Below, piece by piece: positions 60,236 to 64,000 of a stretch of DNA of 64,000 nt (position 1 is the stretch's first letter; each line of letters opens with the position of its first letter). The translations under genes and the position numbers were made by a program. The DNA comes from Carcharhinus longimanus. Lineage: Eukaryota. Under the pieces are notes generated by a model. The model saw nothing but the letters and a program-made list of their open reading frames with translations, ran no database searches and was not told where the DNA came from. The stretch lies in the NCBI GenBank assembly GCA_030264375.1, contig JASCQW010000098.1, positions 57,613,865-57,677,864 on the forward strand, read 5' to 3'.

Positions 60236-60764
60236 AAGTTAATAAACAACTCTTCCTTTTAACGCAATCTATTTATGTAATGTATATCCGATACTTTTGT
60301 TCCTTCAGCAAATCCTTTGTCAAACAGGTGCCTATGTAGTGGCTAGTTTCTAAGCCAATGTCTGTCCTCCTCTCCAGTTGGTCGCTATAAGGTTCAGGAC
60401 CACATGCTGATGAGATCATTCCTTCTAATTTTCAGTTTCCCAACAGAAAGGTGTTGCTTCTTTACCTGATACCTTATTATAGAAAGTGACTCTGTGTGAA
60501 AACAAACTTCTGATCTCCTATCATGTGACATTATGGATCTGAGTTCCATCTTCTGTTTTGTACATCAGTCAAGCAGTTTTAACCTGGTTTCAATACAGAT
60601 TACCATTATTTAAAAGAACAATTGAAAGCTCCCTGGAAAGTTTTGAATAAAATGTTACTGAAAATGTAACTAGATTAGAGAAGCTGATGATTGATACAAA
60701 TGAATGGGAATCAGATTGCAATGTGTACCACCTTAACGCTTCCTGTATTAAATTCATTTCTTAG

Positions 60765-61065
60765 ACCTGGAAAAGACGTTGGTTCATTCTGCGTAGTGGA
60801 CGGATGAGTGGAGACCCTGATGTTCTGGAGTACTACAAAAACATCCATTCCAAAAAACCAATCCGTGTGATAGATCTTCACTTCTGTGAGCAAGTTGATG
60901 CAGGACTAACGTTCAAAAAGAAAGAGTTTCAAGACAGCTTTGTTTTTGACATCAAGACAATTGACCGTACCTTTTATCTGGTGGCAGAGACTGAGGAAGA
61001 AATGAACAAGTGGGTTCGATCCATCTGCCAGATCTGTGGATTCAACCAGTCTGATGAGAATGCAG
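60765..61065 (+). CDS. GAB2: GAB2-like (GRB2-associated binder) coding exon 2, encoding most of the PH domain
   Basis: Acceptor ttcttAG at 60763-64 and donor GTaac at 61066; 301 nt, phase 0 to phase 1. Translates [100 protein letters not shown]. Residues [34 protein letters not shown] and [10 protein letters not shown] match GAB2 as I recall it rather than GAB1 or GAB3. Confidence 0.93.
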
Positions 61066-62329
61066 GTAACAAAGTACACAACATTAAAATCTTTTGATGT
61101 AGCACTTCCTAGCTACAGTCCATTGCCCCTTTTTCCCATTTGGCAGATGCATGTTTGCTTCTTGATTTTAACACATCAGGCAGCAATAAATGTACCGTAA
61201 CAGCACAATTATTTACTTTTATTGGAGTACAGTTATGTTTCCAATATGTTCAAATAGACAATTATTAGAATACTTAATTACAAAGTAATAATCCTGCGAG
61301 GCTTTCTGTTTCACTTCAAATGCACAAGAATCATTTATCAAATGTTGTGAAAACCACTGGAACTGGCTGGAAACCTAAACCTAAAACAGAACATGGTGGG
61401 AGCACATTACAGGCCTAAGAATAAGGCGTTATTTTGGGTTGAAACCCTCAAAGAATGCATTTTCACTTTTCAGCTGCCAGTGGGGCTAGCATTTTCAGCC
61501 TTCCCTTTGTGGATAAGGAACTGGATGATGTATTGGATTAATACTCAGCTTGTTCATCTCTGGAATCTGGATGTAAATCCAGACCCCTCAACCACAGTTT
61601 AAAGTGGGTATGGGAAAACGTTTTGCCAGCACAGAGGTCTTAAAATAGAACTGAAAGAAAAATTACAGTTTTCTGAGTTTGAGGTTCGGAGATACAAGGA
61701 GTTGTATTCTGCTGTCAGTGGTACTTTATCTGACACTGAAGTGACTAACAGTTATACAGGGTGAAAGAATTGGATGGAGTATTTCATTCTAAGTATTGAC
61801 TTCCTTTACTTTGTTGAGTGAAGAATTCACCTCACCTTTTTTGAACTGCACAAGTGACATCCATTGGTCAGATGCATTTGGCACAATAAGATAATGAATA
61901 AAAGAAAAGTTGCAATTCAACATTTAGCCCCCTTATGATGCATTTGTGTTGCTGGTTTACAGCATTGGAATTGGTAGCCACTGCTAATGGAATTGGTTTC
62001 TACTGGAGCCTCTGTAGGCAACACTGTCTCTGAACACAACAATATCACAAGTGGTTTTATATTCAGAGCAGTGATTTTTGGACTCCAGCTCTCTTCAGTA
62101 ACTGAAGTCCTTATTGCCCACCATGTCAGCAAGGAATTTTTTGGTCGTTGGCATACAAGAATCATCCCTCTTCTTGTAGGGATGAGGGAAGACCGAATAA
62201 AGTATTGTTTCACTTCAACTAAAAGGCCAGCTGAACAAAGACATTGAAATGCAGTTGTTACGTGTTTTTCCATTGCTGTAGAAACTACCCAATTATACAA
62301 ACAGCAACAATGATTTACTTTTCTATAAA

Positions 62330-62450
62330 AGAAAAATGTTGTGGATTCTGGAAATCAGAAATAAAAACTGCAAGTGCTGGAAATACTTAGCAGGTCTGGC
62401 AGCATACGTGAAGAGAGATAGAGAGCTAATGTTTGAATCGACTTTCATTT
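62330..62450 (-). mobile_element. Penelope-like terminal repeat fragment (family 2)
   Basis: aagtgctggaaatacttagcaggtctggcagcatacgtg...gctaatgtttg. Confidence 0.7.
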
Positions 62451-62560
62451 ATGGACTACCTTAAGATGAGGTATAATGTCCAGGGCACTTTATAAGAGCG
62501 TTATCAAACAAAACTTGATAGCAATACACATAAGCAGATATAGGGACAGATGATTTTACA

Positions 62561-62858
62561 AAGTTTATTTAATAGCCACAAGTAGGCTTACATTCACACT
62601 GCAACGGAGTTACTGTGAAAATCCCCTAGTCGCCACACTCTGGTGCCTGTTCAGTATGCTGAGGGAGAATTTACCATCGCCAATGCACCTAACCAACATG
62701 TCTTTTAGACTGTGGGAGGAAACCGGAGTACCCGGAGGAAATCCAGACACTGGGAGAATGTGCAAATTCCACACAGACAGTGATCCAAGCCAGGTATCGA
62801 ACTCGGGTCTCTGGCACTGCAAGATAGCAGTGCTAACCACTGTACCATCATGCCACCC
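62561..62858 (-). mobile_element. V-SINE, alternative-tail subfamily
   Basis: aagtttatttaatagccacaagtaggcttac...gctaaccactgtaccatcatgccaccc. Confidence 0.9.
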
Positions 62859-62881
62859 AATCTTCAAAAATCAAAGGGTTA

Positions 62882-63017
62882 GGCCAGAATCTTACAGCCG
62901 TTCACACCGGCAGGATTCTCTGGTCCTGCTGCAGCGAACAGAGATTTGGCTGGGCAGCAACTTGTCTATCCTGGCTACAGTGGGAGTGGGGTATGAACGG
63001 CTGGTAAGATCGCACCC
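62882..63017. mobile_element. 136-bp Harbinger-type MITE
   Basis: About 27-bp imperfect TIRs (atcttac-agccgttcacacc / ggtatgaacggctggtaagat); TSD TTA at 62879-81 and 63018-20. Confidence 0.85.
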
Positions 63018-63479
63018 TTAGGTTTTAAGCAGTGTCTTAAAAAGGAGAGAGAAGGAGACAGGAGGAGAGGTTTGGGGGGAGGTGGATTTTAGATTGTGTA
63101 TCTGGAGGAGGTTACAGCGATAGAGTGGGAACTAGGCTGTGGAAACATTAGAGCACAAGGATGAGAATTGAAATTCAATGCATTGCTTGACTTGGGGGCC
63201 TATGTAAGTTAGTGAGCAGAAAGGTGAGTGGGGCATGGTGAGAATTAGAATATGGACAGCACCAATTTGGCTTAGTTCAAGCTTATGGAGGGAGGAAAAT
63301 GGGAGGCTAGCCAGCAGAAAACTTGATTAGTCAATGCATATTTAATAAATATGCATCTGTTTAAAAATGGGTTGATAGTGTTTCTTGAAGCAGTCCTAGA
63401 ATTTAAATTCTGCAATAAACATTAACAAGTAAGTTTTTCTTTCCTCAATGAACAATGTTGTTCAAGATACACACTTGTA

Positions 63480-64000
63480 CATTCTATTAGAACACATGGG
63501 ATTGGGATAAGATATTAGCATGGGTTGAGAACTGGTTAGTGGACAGAAAATATAGGAACAGGTGGAAAATGTTTGGGTTGGCAGGACACTGATAGGATTA
63601 ATACCGGAGCTTTCTATTTATAATCTATATTAATGACTTTGATGAGAGTCTGCGTGTAACATATCCAATTGTGGCAACAGTTTCAGGTTAGGTGGGAAAG
63701 TAATCGGGATGCAAAAAGGCTGCAGAGGTTGGATGAAGGGGCCAGTGCATGGAGGCTGGAGTACAATGTGGCAATGTGTGAAGTTTATAGGAGAAATTTT
63801 TTTAAAAAGCATGTAATTTTTAGAATGGTGATAGGCTAGGAAATGTTGGCATTCAGAGAGACCTGGGTGTCCTTGTACATGAATCTCAGAAAATTCACAT
63901 GCAGGCAAAGCAAGCAAGTAAGAAGATAAATGATATAGTTGCTTTTGTTGCAAAGTGATTGGACAAGAGGATGAGTAAACAAGTTTTTCTATAATTGTAC
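63480..64000 (+). mobile_element. CR1 RT fragment
   Basis: WVENWLVDRK; IYINDFDE; QRDLGVLVHES. Confidence 0.85.

Larger units (their letters stand above)
1..60764 (+). other. Probable GAB2 intron 1 (exon 1 not seen; upstream of the window or inside a gap)
   Basis: No ...GWLRKSPPEKKL... exon 1 or CpG island recognised. Vertebrate GAB2 intron 1 is known to be very large. Confidence 0.6.
62470..63330 (-). mobile_element. L2 3' fragment interrupted by a SINE and a MITE
   Basis: ttatcaaacaaaacttga..agatataggga, then tcaaagggtta, then ggttttaagcagtgtcttaa; continuous after removing the inserts. Confidence 0.7.

Noticed and set aside
60731-60737. CCTTAAC as a U12-type branch point
   Set aside because: About 30 nt from the AG, farther than typical for U12, and equally a good U2 branch site. 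The 5' splice site needed to decide is not visible.
61066-61097. ORF extension [10 protein letters not shown] after the PH domain
   Set aside because: Read-through into the intron past the GT donor at 61066.
1-64000. CRISPR arrays, operons or other prokaryotic systems
   Set aside because: The sequence is vertebrate intronic DNA; no regularly spaced repeats or dense ORFs were seen.

Overview
Eukaryotic, AT-rich, repeat-dense vertebrate DNA with about a dozen N gaps. The repeat content (HE1-type V-SINEs, SacSINE1-like DeuSINEs, abundant CR1 LINEs) indicates a shark or other elasmobranch. Only one clear host coding exon is visible: a 301-nt exon at 60765-61065 (+, AG/GT bounded) encoding most of the PH domain of a GAB-family adaptor, best matching GAB2 exon 2. 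Exons 1 and 3 were not found, so the window is most likely GAB2 intron 1 plus the start of intron 2. The rest is a layered record of mobile elements: CR1, L2, RTE and Rex1/Babar LINEs, Penelope-like elements, a Gypsy gag remnant, hAT and PIF/Harbinger fossils, Harbinger-type MITEs with 3-bp TSDs, and at least three SINE lineages. Most notable: (i) minimal hammerhead ribozyme motifs of two families in Penelope-type terminal repeats; (ii) a 308-bp piece of a dead hAT transposase copied 2.7 kb into the middle of a DeuSINE, plus a nearby exact 42-bp duplication, suggesting local templated insertions; (iii) a V-SINE subfamily with a swapped, possibly Rex1-derived, 3' tail. I found no convincing novel protein-coding system. 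Family names come from recalled consensus sequences, not searches, and repeat boundaries are approximate unless TSDs are quoted.
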